DNA of 64,000 nucleotides from Miltoncostaeaceae bacterium (GTDB taxonomy: Bacteria > Actinomycetota > Thermoleophilia > Miltoncostaeales > Miltoncostaeaceae). Below are positions 9,398-20,198 of this stretch, in pieces. The position numbers were made by a program, and so were the translations under genes. The notes below the pieces were generated by a model. It saw nothing but the letters and a program-made list of their open reading frames with translations. It had not been told where the DNA came from and did no database searches. Each line of letters opens with the position of its first letter. Position 1 is the stretch's first letter. The stretch lies in assembly GCA_963819845.1 (NCBI GenBank), contig CAWFXQ010000007.1:55560-119559 (forward strand). The letters are read 5' to 3'.

Positions 9398-10035
9398 GAC
9401 GCGGCGCGGTACACGAGCAGGATGCGGTGGGCCGCGGTCATCAGGCTCAGCCCGGCGAGCACGGCCATCCCGATGGGCAGCACGTCGCCCACGCCGCCGA
9501 GGAAGAGCGCGGCGCCCACGATCACCAACCGCTCGGGCCGGCCCATGAGCCCGCCGCTCGACCCGGCGATGCCCAGGCCCTCCGCCCGGGCGCGCGCGTA
9601 GGAGACCATGAACGAGGCCGTGAGGGCGACGAAGCAGGCGGCCAGGCCCCAGGTGTCGCCGTCCTGCGCCAGCGTGATGCCGATCGCCCCGATGATGACC
9701 CCCTCGGCGAGGCGATCGAGCGTGGAGTCGAGGAAGGCGCCGAAGGCGGTGACGCGGCCCTGGTACCGGGCCAGGAGGCCGTCGAGCGAGTTGACCAGGC
9801 CCGAGGCGATGAAGACCAGCGACGCCAGCACCCACTGGCGGCCCAGGGCCAGCCCGGCGGCTGCGCAGATGCCCAGGAAGCCGCTGATCGTGACGGCGTT
9901 CGGGGTGATGCGGCTGCGGTTGACCACCCACAGCGCCGCCCGCGACATTCCGGGCCTGCGCCGCCGCGACGCGTCCAGATCCTGAATCTCTGTGGCGATG
10001 TCCGGTCGCCCCTCGGGGGGTTCGGGGTCAGTCAC
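9394..10035 (-). CDS. CDP-alcohol phosphatidyltransferase (phosphatidylinositol-phosphate synthase-like)
   Basis: Signature [25 protein letters not shown] (DGxxAR...GxxxDxxxD). Multiple transmembrane segments. Confidence 0.85.
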   Translation of the reverse strand: MTDPEPPEGRPDIATEIQDLDASRRRRPGMSRAALWVVNRSRITPNAVTISGFLGICAAAGLALGRQWVLASLVFIASGLVNSLDGLLARYQGRVTAFGAFLDSTLDRLAEGVIIGAIGITLAQDGDTWGLAACFVALTASFMVSYARARAEGLGIAGSSGGLMGRPERLVIVGAALFLGGVGDVLPIGMAVLAGLSLMTAAHRILLVYRAAS

Positions 10036-10071
10036 GGGGACCGTGCCCCGGCCGGACTAGGATAGCGGCGC

Positions 10072-10861
10072 ATGCGCCTCTGCACCTATCGGGATGGGCG
10101 GGGCTCGCGGCTGGGGTCGGTGGACGGCGCGATGGTCGTGCCGCTCGAGGGCCGCGACGTGCGCGACGCGCTCGGCGCACCGCCCGGGCCGGCGGGCGAG
10201 CCCGTCCCGCTCGACGGCCTCGAGCTGCTGGCGCCGCTACGCCCCGGAACGCTGATCGGCGTGGGCCTCAACTACCGCGACCACGCCGCCGAGACCGGCG
10301 CCGCGCTGCCGCACGAGCCCCTCCTGTTCGCCAAGCTGCCCTCCGCGGTCACCTCCCCCCGGGCGACGTCGTGCGGCCCGCGTACACGCGGGAGCTCGAC
10401 TACGAGGGCGAGCTGGCCGTCGTGATCGGCCGCCGGGCCCGGGGCGTCCCGGCCGACCGCGCGCTGGAGCACGTCTTCGGGTATGCGGTCATGAACGACG
10501 TCACCGCGCGAGACCGCCAGCGCGCCGAGCCGCAGTGGATCCGCGCCAAGGGGGCGACACCTTCGCCCCCTTCGGCCCCTGGGTGACGACCGCCGACGAG
10601 GTGCCCGACCCGCAGGCGCTGGAGATCCGCACCGCCGTCAACGGCGAGCCGCGCCAGGACGGGCGTACCGCCGACATGGTCTTCCCGGTGGCCGCGCTGA
10701 TCGCCTGGTGCTCGGCGAGCTTCACGCTCGAGCCCGGCGACGTGATCACCACGGGCACGCCGGCCGGGGTCGGGGCCGCCCGGGGGACGTTCCTCGCCCC
10801 CGGCGACCGGGTGCGGGTCGAGATCCCGGGGCTCGGGGCGCTCGAGAACACGGTCCGGTGA
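10072..10861 (+). pseudogene. Fumarylacetoacetate hydrolase (FAH) family protein, 2 frameshifts
   Basis: The protein is split over ORFs 10072..10425, 10371..10586 and 10535..10861, which join into one FAH-family sequence (...[10 protein letters not shown] / [13 protein letters not shown] / [10 protein letters not shown]...GDVITTGTPAGVG). The shifts fall at a C6 run (~10355-10360) and a G5 run (~10550-10554). Confidence 0.8.
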
Positions 10862-11615
10862 CCCCCGAGGAGGCCCTCCTGCGCGTGCTGGCCCTCACCG
10901 GGCTCAGCTTCCCGCGCGGGGTGCTCGGCCCCGAGACCTGGGCGCTCGCGAGGTCGCTGTCCGACGAGGGCGAGCCCCGCCGCCGACCCCGCGGAGCTGG
11001 CCGGGGCCGCTGCCGCCGCCCACTGGCTCGAGCTGCGCGGGCCGATGGAGGCGGCGCTGCGTCGCGGCCGCGACGCCGCTGGGCCCCAGGACCGCGAGGC
11101 CTTCGACATCGTCATGCCCTGGGCGGCCGACCCGAGCCCCGACACGCCGCTGCCGCGCGCGCTGGCCGTCCGGGCCGCCACCGAGCTGGCCGCGGCGGGG
11201 GCGCGGGCGCGCGAGCGCCTGCGGGACGCCGAGGATGCCGTGGCCGAGGGCGGGCCGGGCGCCGCGGTGGCGGCCGCGACGACGGCGGGAGCCATCGCCG
11301 CCGAGCTGCTCGATCTCGACCCCGAGGACTTCGAGCCCGAGATCGCCGCCTACGTCGAGGCCGGCCGCCGGCCCGAGGACATCGCCGCGCTCGCGCGCGC
11401 CACCGGCGACCCCGAGATCCGCGCCTGGGCGCGCGGCGCGGTGGCGGCGACCGACGAGCCCGAGGCACCGGCGGCGTCCGCCGGCGTCCGCCACCTGGCG
11501 TCCGGGCCCCCGCCGGACGACCCGGCCGAGGACCTCGTGTGGGTGCCCGACGATCCTGTCCCTGGCCGAGGAGGCCATCGAGCGGGCCCTGGTGGACGAG
11601 GCCGGGGAGGCCTAA
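10858..11615 (+). pseudogene. Hypothetical acidic/Ala-rich protein, 2 frameshifts (~10975, ~11543)
   Basis: GTG 10858 overlaps the FAH stop (GTGA). A continuous sensible sequence requires the frames of ORFs 10708, 11045 and 11235. It ends ILSLAEEAIERALVDEAGEA. Confidence 0.5.
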
Positions 11616-12275
11616 GAGGCCGAGGTGGCCAGCGCGACCATCGCCCAGTCCGGCACGGACGCGGGCGCGGAGATCACGCACTGGCGCCCTCCCTCGCGCC
11701 AGGTCGCGACGACCGAGCTCGCCGGCTCGGGCCAGATGCACCTCGACGCCCGACGCGCAGGACGCGGCGCGCGCCCTCGGGCCAGGCGAGCGCCGGACCG
11801 CCGACGATCGTGTACGCCAGCCGCGTGCGCCGCGGCCCGGTGTAGAAGACGGTCGCGGTGGGCCGACCCGCCGAGCCGGTCGGTGCGCTGCCCGCTCGGC
11901 CGCCAGGGCACGGGGCCCGACCAGGCGGGGAACGCCACGCCCTCGACGTCCCGGGCGAGGGAGCCGGGGCTCGCGGCGTCGGGCGGGGGCGCCGGCGCGG
12001 CGGGGCCCCTCTGCGCCAGGGCGGCGGCGTCGAGCACGGTGGGCTTTCCGCGGGGCTGCCGGCCCAGAGGGCGAGCAGGGCCACCACGGCCACGACCGCC
12101 CCCGCGATCGCCCCGGCCGGCAGGAGCGCGCGCCGGCGCAGCGCGCGCCGGGCGGCCAGTCGCTCCGCGCGCCGGGCGATCCCGGCGCGGAGCTCCGCCG
12201 GCGCGGTCACCGATCGGCTCAGGCACGGATCCGGGCCGCCGTGGGGTCGTCGTGCCGGTCGTGCGCGTCGATCAT
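11612..12275 (-). pseudogene. Membrane anti-sigma factor (partner of the adjacent ECF sigma), about 5 frameshifts
   Basis: ATG 12275 overlaps the sigma stop (ATGA). Pieces in three frames are a transmembrane segment LLPAGAIAGAVVAVVALLALW, then ...VEGVAFPAWSG..., ...ATVFYTGPRRTRLAYTIVGGPAL..., and VVATWREGGRQCVIS. Confidence 0.6.
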
Positions 12276-12801
12276 CGCGCCGCACCCGCGGTCGAGCGCG
12301 CGTCCTGCTCCGGCGCGGCCAGGCGCTCCGCGACCCGCCGCCGCGCCCGGTGGAGACGGTGGTGACCGTCGCCTCCTTGGCCCCGAGGAGCCGTCCCGCC
12401 TCGGCGTAGGTGAGCCCCACGACGTCCACCGCCACAAGCGCGTCGCGGAGATCGGCGGGCAGGGCGGCGATGGCGGCGAACACCTCGTGGACCTGCGCCA
12501 GCTCGTCCGGTCGCGAGGCCGCCCTCGGGTCGGCGGGCTCGCTGACGTCCGCCAGGCTCACGGTGCGCGGCCGGCGCCGCGCGGCGCGTCGCCGGGAGGC
12601 CATGGTGTTGCGGAGGGCCCGGAGCAGGTAGCCGAGCGGGTCATCGGAGCGGAGCAGGCGCGGCCGGGCGAGGACCCGGGCGCAGGTCTCCTGCACCAGA
12701 TCCTCGGCCTCGTCGCGCGAGCCGCAGAGCGCCCACGCCGCCCGGTAGAGCTGGTCGAGGTGGGCGGCGAGGCACTCGGGCTCGAGCCGGCGTCGGGCCA
12801 C
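12272..12801 (-). pseudogene. ECF-type RNA polymerase sigma-70 factor, 1 frameshift (~12357)
   Basis: Region 2: LYRAAWALCGSRDEAEDLVQETCARVL. Region 4: LPADLRDALVAVDVVGLTYAEAGRLLGAKEATVTT, continuing as RLHRARRRVAERL only after a -1 shift (accaccgtctc). Confidence 0.75.
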
Positions 12802-12812
12802 CGGTGACGAGG

Positions 12813-13334
12813 CTAGCGCCCCTCGCCCACGATCGTCCTCCCCGTGGGTGCGACGACGTACCAGGCGTCGCCGACGCCCTGGCCGGCCGTGTCCCCGGCG
12901 GCGGCGTCGCCGACGTAGACGTAGAGCGGGCGCCCGGCGTATGTCACCTGGACGCCGCCGTCGTCCCGCGCGGCGGTGCCGAGGAGGGTCGCCCGCGCTG
13001 CGCCGGCAGCCTCCGGTGCGCCCGAGGTGGTGAGCGGCGGCCAGGCCGTCGCGCACACGCCGGTGCATGTGCTGGAGGAGCCGGTGTCGTTGGCGAACGC
13101 GTAGAGCGTGCGCCCGCCGGGACCGACGAGGAAGGTCCCGAGGTCGCCGGCGGCCGTGGAGACGGCCGCGGGCGCCTCGCTCGGCGTCGAAGGGGTGGTC
13201 GCGGCGGGTGGTGCGCCGTAGGCGTAGGGGGGTGCCTCGGCCCCCGCATCGGAGCCGGAGCCGTTCGAGCCGCACCCCGCCGCCACCGCGGCGACGGCGA
13301 TGGCCAGGGAGAGGAGGGCGATGGGTCTGCGCAT
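12813..13334 (-). CDS. Lipoprotein with tandem COG4315-like repeats (LY.F..D and PLY.Y..D motifs)
   Basis: Lipobox AVAAGC. Repeats GRTLYAFANDTG...CTGVCATAWPP and GRPLYVYVGDAAAGDTAGQG. Confidence 0.75.
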   Translation of the reverse strand: MRRPIALLSLAIAVAAVAAGCGSNGSGSDAGAEAPPYAYGAPPAATTPSTPSEAPAAVSTAAGDLGTFLVGPGGRTLYAFANDTGSSSTCTGVCATAWPPLTTSGAPEAAGAARATLLGTAARDDGGVQVTYAGRPLYVYVGDAAAGDTAGQGVGDAWYVVAPTGRTIVGEGR

Positions 13335-13365
13335 GTGGGGTCCTTGCCGGGAACGCCGGATACCC

Positions 13366-14202
13366 TCAAGGACGCCCGGGAGACCCCGATCCTTCCCGCG
13401 GACAGCCCAGGTTCGGTCGTCGCCGCTCTTCCACGAAGCCGAACCGCAGCATGTTCCGGTATGAGGGCCCCGGGGCCTCGTCGCCGACGGGGGCGCCGGT
13501 CTCGGTGATCACCCGCCGCAGGCCGAGGCGCTCGGCGCGCCGCAGCCGCTCGGCGAACAGGGCGCCCTGAGAGCCCCTCCCGCGGTCCTCGGGCAGCGTC
13601 GCGCCGATGGTGGAACCAGCCGGTGTCGCCGTCGGCGAAGAGGGCCGCCGCGCCCACCGGCCGGCCGCGGTCCAGGGCCAGCAGGCAGGTCCAGCGCGGC
13701 CGGCCCACGAGCGCGGCCATCCACTCGCCGAGGTCATCGGGGAGGCCGAAGGCCGTCGCGATGATGCTTCCGAACGCCCCGGCGCGCGAAGGACCGGCCT
13801 CCTCGACCGCCAAGGCGGTCGTCCCGGCGCCCGCGGGCGCGGGCCCCGGCTCGCGGGAGAACGTCATCCATGGCCGCGCGCCCTCTCGGAACCCGCGCCC
13901 GGCAAGGGCGTGGCCGAGGCCGTCGGCCGCCGTGTCGACCGCGATCAGGTACGGGACGCCGAGCCGCGCGTAGAAGGACTCCACCTCGTCGAGCTCGGCC
14001 TCGCCCGCCGGGGCCGCGGTGCCCAGCCCGATGACGTGGTTGAAGATCGGGACGCCCGGCAGGGTCGCGCAGCCGAGGCAGACGCCGCCCCCGACGTCCC
14101 TCTGGGCGATGCCGTGCCGCTCGGCCAGGGCCGGGGCGCGGCCCGCCACATGTCGCGGTAGCCGTCGACCTCGGTGCGCGCGTGGGGTCCGGCTGCGATC
14201 AC
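13366..14202 (-). pseudogene. GNAT-family N-acetyltransferase, 2 frameshifts (~14131, ~13612)
   Basis: GTG 14202 overlaps the cupin stop (GTGA). The pieces are VDGYRDMWRAAP / ALAERHGI...RPVGAAALFADGDTGWF / IGATLPEDRGRGSQGALFAERLRRAERLGLRRVITET, found in ORFs 13945, 12944 and 13366. Confidence 0.65.
13371..13396 (-). promoter_or_regulatory. Candidate ECF-type promoter GGAAG-N17-CGTC upstream of the lipoprotein-sigma-antisigma operon
   Basis: Motif read on the minus strand, about 40 nt upstream of ATG 13334. It resembles the generic GGAAC-N16/17-CGTT ECF consensus. Confidence 0.25.
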
Positions 14203-14561
14203 GCCCACTCCATGGGCTCGTAGCCGCTGGTGCGCGGGGCCGAGACGATCAGGACCGACGCCGTCTCGTCGCCCTCGTTCACGATGGTGCGGAGGGGCTC
14301 GGGGTCGAGCCGGGCAAGCGTGCCGGCCGGCGCCGGATGGCGCTGCCCGTCGATGACCAGGATCGCGGAGCCGCTCAGGACCATGAAGAGCTCCTCGTGG
14401 TCGCGGGTCGTCTCGTCGTGCTCGGGGATCCCCTCGCCTGGCGGGATGTCGACGATGTTGATGCCGAACGAGGCCACGCCGAGGCTGCGGCGCACGAGCG
14501 ACCAATTGCCGGTGCGCTCGAGGTCGTCGCGGTGGGCGATGGTGATGGATGCGGTGGACAT
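14199..14561 (-). CDS. Cupin domain protein
   Basis: ORF 14199..14561. GEGIPEHDETTRDHEELFMVLSG...G is the typical cupin_2 motif pair. Confidence 0.8.
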   Translation of the reverse strand: MSTASITIAHRDDLERTGNWSLVRRSLGVASFGINIVDIPPGEGIPEHDETTRDHEELFMVLSGSAILVIDGQRHPAPAGTLARLDPEPLRTIVNEGDETASVLIVSAPRTSGYEPMEWA

Positions 14562-14672
14562 CGTGGCTCCCTGGGTCGTCGTGCCGATGGGGTCACGCTA
14601 CGTCGCGATCGTCGCGGGCGCGTCTTCCGGCGCGTCGCGGGAGCGTCAAGGGGCCGTCGCTAGGCTGCCGCG

Positions 14673-15350
14673 ATGCCGTCGCCCCGCCCCGGGACCCGGG
14701 CCCACGCCGGCGAGATCGCCCGGCGGCTCGAGGACGCACAGGGGCACATCGCCTGGCGGCGCCACCGCGACCCGGTCAGCGAGCTGGTCACGACGCTCCT
14801 GAGCCACAGCACGACCGACGCCAACCAGATCCGGGCCTTCCAGGCGCTGCGCGCCCGTTACCCCACCTGGGACGAGGTGCGCCGGGCGCCGACGGCCGAG
14901 GTGGAGGATGTGGTGCGCGTGGCGGGACTGGCCGGCCAGAAGGCCCCCCGGATCCAGCACGTCCTGGACGTCATCGCCGAGGACCCCCGCGGATCCGACC
15001 TCGAGTGGCTCGGCGACGTCCCGCTCGACGAGGCCATGGCCTTCCTCACCTCACTCCCGGGCGTGGGGCCGAAGACCGCCGGCTGCGTCATGTGCTTCTG
15101 CTTCGACGCCCCGATCGTGCCCGCCGACACCCACGTCCACCGCATCGCCCTGCGCACCAGGATCGTCCCCCCGAAGGCGAGCGCCCCCGCGGCCCAGGAG
15201 CGCCTCAGCCGGTGGATCCCCCCCGAGCTCACCTACGCCACCCACATGCACCTGATCGCCCACGGCCGGACGGTCTGCACCGCCCGCTCGCCCCGCTGCG
15301 CCGACTGCCTCCTCCTCGACCTCTGCCCGGAGGGCCGCCGGCGGGTCTGA
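14673..15350 (+). CDS. Endonuclease III-like HhH-GPD base-excision DNA glycosylase
   Basis: HhH region LPGVGPKTAGCV, catalytic-region DTHVHR, and a C-terminal 4Fe-4S cluster loop CTARSPRCADCLLLDLC. Confidence 0.85.
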   Translation: MPSPRPGTRAHAGEIARRLEDAQGHIAWRRHRDPVSELVTTLLSHSTTDANQIRAFQALRARYPTWDEVRRAPTAEVEDVVRVAGLAGQKAPRIQHVLDVIAEDPRGSDLEWLGDVPLDEAMAFLTSLPGVGPKTAGCVMCFCFDAPIVPADTHVHRIALRTRIVPPKASAPAAQERLSRWIPPELTYATHMHLIAHGRTVCTARSPRCADCLLLDLCPEGRRRV

Positions 15351-15363
15351 GCTGCCGCTGCGC

Positions 15364-15503
15364 GGCCACGGCGGAGACGGCCAAGTGGCCACGGCGGAGA
15401 CGGCAAGTGGCCACGCGGGACGGCAAGTGGCCACGGCGGAGACGGCCAAGTGGCCACGGCGGAGACGGCCAAGTGGCCACGGCGGAGACGGCCAAGTGGC
15501 CAC
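15364..15503. repeat. Tandem array: six cores of GGCCAAGTGGCC (two lack one C), each followed by the constant spacer ACGGCGGAGAC
   Basis: Cores start at 15379, 15402, 15422, 15444, 15467 and 15490, giving periods of 23/20/22/23/23. A leading partial unit GGCC-ACGGCGGAGAC is at 15364. The array begins 14 nt after the nth-like stop. Confidence 0.9.
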
Positions 15504-15574
15504 TCCTGGCGTCGCGGTCAGGCCGCCGCTTCGCCCGGCGGGTGGGCGTCTCGGGCGGCGAGCAGAGGCGCAAT

Positions 15575-15597
15575 ATCTCAGTCGGACCGACTAAGAT
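15575..15597. promoter_or_regulatory. HAIR-like inverted repeat (candidate HspR operator) upstream of dnaK
   Basis: ATCTCAGTCGG-A-CCGACTAAGAT has 11-bp arms with 1 mismatch. The core TCTCAGT-N7-ACTAAGA shares the 7-N7-7 geometry of HAIR, CTTGAGT-N7-ACTCAAG. The right arm GACTAAGATC is repeated as GACTTAGATC at 15614-15623. Confidence 0.4.
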
Positions 15598-15601
15598 CGC
15601 C

Positions 15602-15629
15602 TTGACATGGCCTGACTTAGATCTACCAT
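15602..15629 (+). promoter_or_regulatory. Sigma-70-like promoter of the dnaK operon (TTGACA-N16-TACCAT)
   Basis: Perfect -35 at 15602-15607 and a TAnnnT -10 at 15624-15629. It lies about 60 nt upstream of ATG 15690, which is preceded by the ribosome-binding site GAGGAGGA. Confidence 0.5.
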
Positions 15630-15689
15630 CGGGGCAGACAATTCGACCCCGCGGGCCGGGCACGCTCGGCCGAGGAGGACAACGGACGC

Positions 15690-17582
<1,893 letters not shown>

Positions 17583-17611
17583 TGGACGAAAGACGAAGGA
17601 GGATCACCGCA

Positions 17612-18064
17612 ATGCCCGCTGTCGTGAGGTTCGACCCCTTCCGCGACATCACCACGCTGCGCGACGAGATGAACCGGCTGTTCACCCGCTCCCTGGGCGA
17701 GGACTCCTCGCCGGGGAGCGCCTGGACGCCCGCCGTGGACATCTTCGACACCGCCGGCGCCATCGTGCTGAAGGCGGAGCTGCCGGGGCTGCCGCCGGAC
17801 GACATCGACATCGAGATCGACGACAACGTGCTCACCCTCACGGGGGAGCGGCGCTTCGATGAGAAGGTCGAGGAGGGCCGCTACTACCGCGTCGAGCGCG
17901 CGTACGGCTCCTTCCGGCGCAGCGTCACCCTGCCGCAGGGCGTGATGGCGGACGAGATCACCGCGACCTTCGAGCACGGCGTGCTGACCGTGCGCGTGCC
18001 GAAGGCCGAGGAGGTCAAGCCGCGCAAGATCGCCGTGGCGGCCAACGGGTCGCCGGCCGCGTGA
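17612..18064 (+). CDS. Hsp20/alpha-crystallin small heat-shock protein
   Basis: Alpha-crystallin domain: WTPAVDIFDT...VLKAELPG...ERAYGSFRRSVTLP...GVLTVRVPK. ATG 17612 is preceded by GAAGGAGGA at ideal spacing. Confidence 0.9.
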   Translation: MPAVVRFDPFRDITTLRDEMNRLFTRSLGEDSSPGSAWTPAVDIFDTAGAIVLKAELPGLPPDDIDIEIDDNVLTLTGERRFDEKVEEGRYYRVERAYGSFRRSVTLPQGVMADEITATFEHGVLTVRVPKAEEVKPRKIAVAANGSPAA

Positions 18065-18645
18065 CCCACGCCGACCCCTTTCGGGCCCCGGGGCCCCCGG
18101 CTCCGGAGCCCGAGGCGCCGGCCGCCGAGGACGCGACGCCGGTCGACGAGCCCGTCGAGCAGAACGGCTCCGAGGAGCTGGAGCGCGTCGCGGCCGAGCG
18201 CGACCAGTACCTCGACGCGCTCCAGCGCCTCAAGGCCGAGTTCGAGAACTACCGCAGGCGCACCGAGCGCGACCGCCAGGCCGTCGTCACGGGCGCCCAG
18301 CGCGAGGTGGTGGGCGGGCTGCTGCCGGTGATGGACAACCTCGAGCGGGCCGTCGCCGCCCTCGGCGACCGGGGCGAGGAGATCGTCGCCGGCCTCGAGA
18401 TGGTGCGCGGCCAGCTGGCCGGCCTGCTCGCCGGGCACGGCGTCGAGGAGATCGAAGCCGCCGGCCGGGCGTTCGACCCCAACGTGCACGAGGCCGTCGC
18501 CCAGATCCCGTCCGCCGAGCACCCCGACGGCGCCGTCGTCGAGGTGGTCGAGAAGGGCTACCGCATCTCGGAGCACGTGCTGCGCCCCAGCCGGGTGGTC
18601 GTGGCGGCGGCTCCGCCGCAGGCCGCGGGGCCGGGCGCGGGGTAG
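18061..18645 (+). CDS. grpE: Nucleotide exchange factor GrpE
   Basis: LKAEFENYRRRTERD...LLPVMDNLERA...FDPNVHEAV...GYRISEHVLRPSRV. GTG start overlaps the hsp20 stop. Confidence 0.9.
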   Translation: MTHADPFRAPGPPAPEPEAPAAEDATPVDEPVEQNGSEELERVAAERDQYLDALQRLKAEFENYRRRTERDRQAVVTGAQREVVGGLLPVMDNLERAVAALGDRGEEIVAGLEMVRGQLAGLLAGHGVEEIEAAGRAFDPNVHEAVAQIPSAEHPDGAVVEVVEKGYRISEHVLRPSRVVVAAAPPQAAGPGAG

Positions 18646-18657
18646 GGGGGCGGGGCG

Positions 18658-19764
18658 GTGGACGACCTCTACGCGGCGCTCGGCGTCTCGCGCACCGCGA
18701 GCACCGACGAGATCCGGAAGGCCTACCGGAAGCTGGCGCGGGTGCACCACCCCGACGCCAACCCGGACGACCCGAAGGCCGAGGAGCGCTTCAAGGAGAT
18801 CTCCCACGCGCACGACGTCCTGTCCGACGCGGACAAGCGCCGCGAGTACGACGCCATGGCCGCGCTCGGGGGCCGGCGCCCCAACGGCGGGCCCGGCGGC
18901 CAGACCTGGTCCCCGGGCGGCGAGGGCGGCGGCTTCGGCGACTTCGCCGACCTGTTCTCGTCGATCTTCCGAGGAGGCGGCGGCGGCGGGCGGGCCCAGG
19001 GGGCCCAGGAGCCGGCGGCGCGGCGCGGGGGCGATGTCGAGGTCGAGGTCAACCTGTCGTTCGAGCAGGCGATGGCCGGCGCCCAGGTGCCGGTGCAGGT
19101 CGAGACGCCGGTGGCGTGCGCCGACTGCAACGGCAGCGGCGCCAAGCCCGGGACCAGCCCGCGCCTGTGCCCCGAGTGCAAGGGGCGGGGCGTCCTCGGC
19201 CGCGACGTCGGGTCGTTCGCGTTCAGCGAGCCGTGCCCGCGCTGCGGCGGCGTCGGCACGGTCATCGACGACCCCTGCCCGACCTGCCGCGGCACCGGCA
19301 GCACGTCCACGCGGTCCCAGATCAAGGTGAAGATCCCGCCGGGCGTGAAGGACGGGACCAAGATCCGCCTCAGGGGCAAGGGCCAGGCCGGCGTCCGCGG
19401 GGGCCCGGCGGGCGACCTGCAGGTCGTGACCCGGGTCGCGCCCAGCCGCCTCTACACCCGCCGGGGCGACGACCTCCTGATCGACGTGCCCGTGACCTTC
19501 TCCGAGGCGGCCCTCGGCGCCCAGGTCGAGGTGCCGACCATCGACGGGCGCGTGAAGCTGCGCGTTCCGCCGGGCAGCGCGGACGGCCGCCAGCTGCGCC
19601 TGGCCGGCAAGGGCGCCCCGCGCCTGAAGGGGGAGGGCCGCGGCGCCCTGATCGCCAAGCTCAGGGTGCAGGTGCCGCGCGAGCTCTCCGACGACCAGCG
19701 CGAGGCGCTGGAGCGCTACGCCGAGCTCGACGGCGGCGACCCGCGGGAGGCGCTGTTCCGATGA
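18658..19764 (+). CDS. dnaJ: Co-chaperone DnaJ
   Basis: J domain DLYAALGV...HPD, G-rich linker, four CxxCxG zinc motifs, and the C-terminal substrate-binding domains. Confidence 0.93.
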   Translation: MDDLYAALGVSRTASTDEIRKAYRKLARVHHPDANPDDPKAEERFKEISHAHDVLSDADKRREYDAMAALGGRRPNGGPGGQTWSPGGEGGGFGDFADLFSSIFRGGGGGGRAQGAQEPAARRGGDVEVEVNLSFEQAMAGAQVPVQVETPVACADCNGSGAKPGTSPRLCPECKGRGVLGRDVGSFAFSEPCPRCGGVGTVIDDPCPTCRGTGSTSTRSQIKVKIPPGVKDGTKIRLRGKGQAGVRGGPAGDLQVVTRVAPSRLYTRRGDDLLIDVPVTFSEAALGAQVEVPTIDGRVKLRVPPGSADGRQLRLAGKGAPRLKGEGRGALIAKLRVQVPRELSDDQREALERYAELDGGDPREALFR

Positions 19765-20198
19765 GCACCGGGTCGCGCGGGGGCGTGTTCCTGATCGGCA
19801 TCGCGGCGGAGCTGGCCGGGATGCACCCCCAGACCCTGCGCGTCTACGAGCGCCGCGGGCTCATCACCCCGGCCCGCAGCCCTCGCAACACGCGCCTCTA
19901 CTCCGAGCGGGACGTGGCCCTGCTGCGGCGCATCCAGGAGCTGTCGGAGGAGGGCCTCAACCTCGCCGGGATCGAGCGCGTCCTGCGGCTCGAGAAGGAG
20001 CTCGAGCGCGCCGAGCGGCGCATCCGGGACCTGGCCCTGGAGCTCGGGGAGGCCACGGAGCGCCACCGCGACGAGCTGGCCGCCGCGCGCGCCGCGCGCG
20101 GCCAGATGGTCGTGGCGGCGCGCGACGGGATGGCGCTGGTGCCGCGCTATGCGCCGGCCGTGCCGCGCCGGCGGACGACGATGGAGGGACGCGCCTGA
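19761..20198 (+). CDS. hspR: MerR-family heat-shock repressor HspR
   Basis: MerR HTH: [46 protein letters not shown] overlaps the dnaJ stop (ATGA). The position after dnaJ matches actinobacterial dnaK operons. Confidence 0.85.
   Translation: MSTGSRGGVFLIGIAAELAGMHPQTLRVYERRGLITPARSPRNTRLYSERDVALLRRIQELSEEGLNLAGIERVLRLEKELERAERRIRDLALELGEATERHRDELAAARAARGQMVVAARDGMALVPRYAPAVPRRRTTMEGRA

Noticed and set aside
14482-14493. A fifth copy of the GGCCAATTGGCC palindrome (GACCAATTGCCG) inside the cupin gene
   Set aside because: It has three mismatches and no partner 23 bp away. It is explained by the codons for GNWSL.
15364-15503. CRISPR array
   Set aside because: The units between the cores are all the same 11-nt sequence rather than unique spacers. 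The period is only 23 bp. There is no leader and there are no cas genes in the window.
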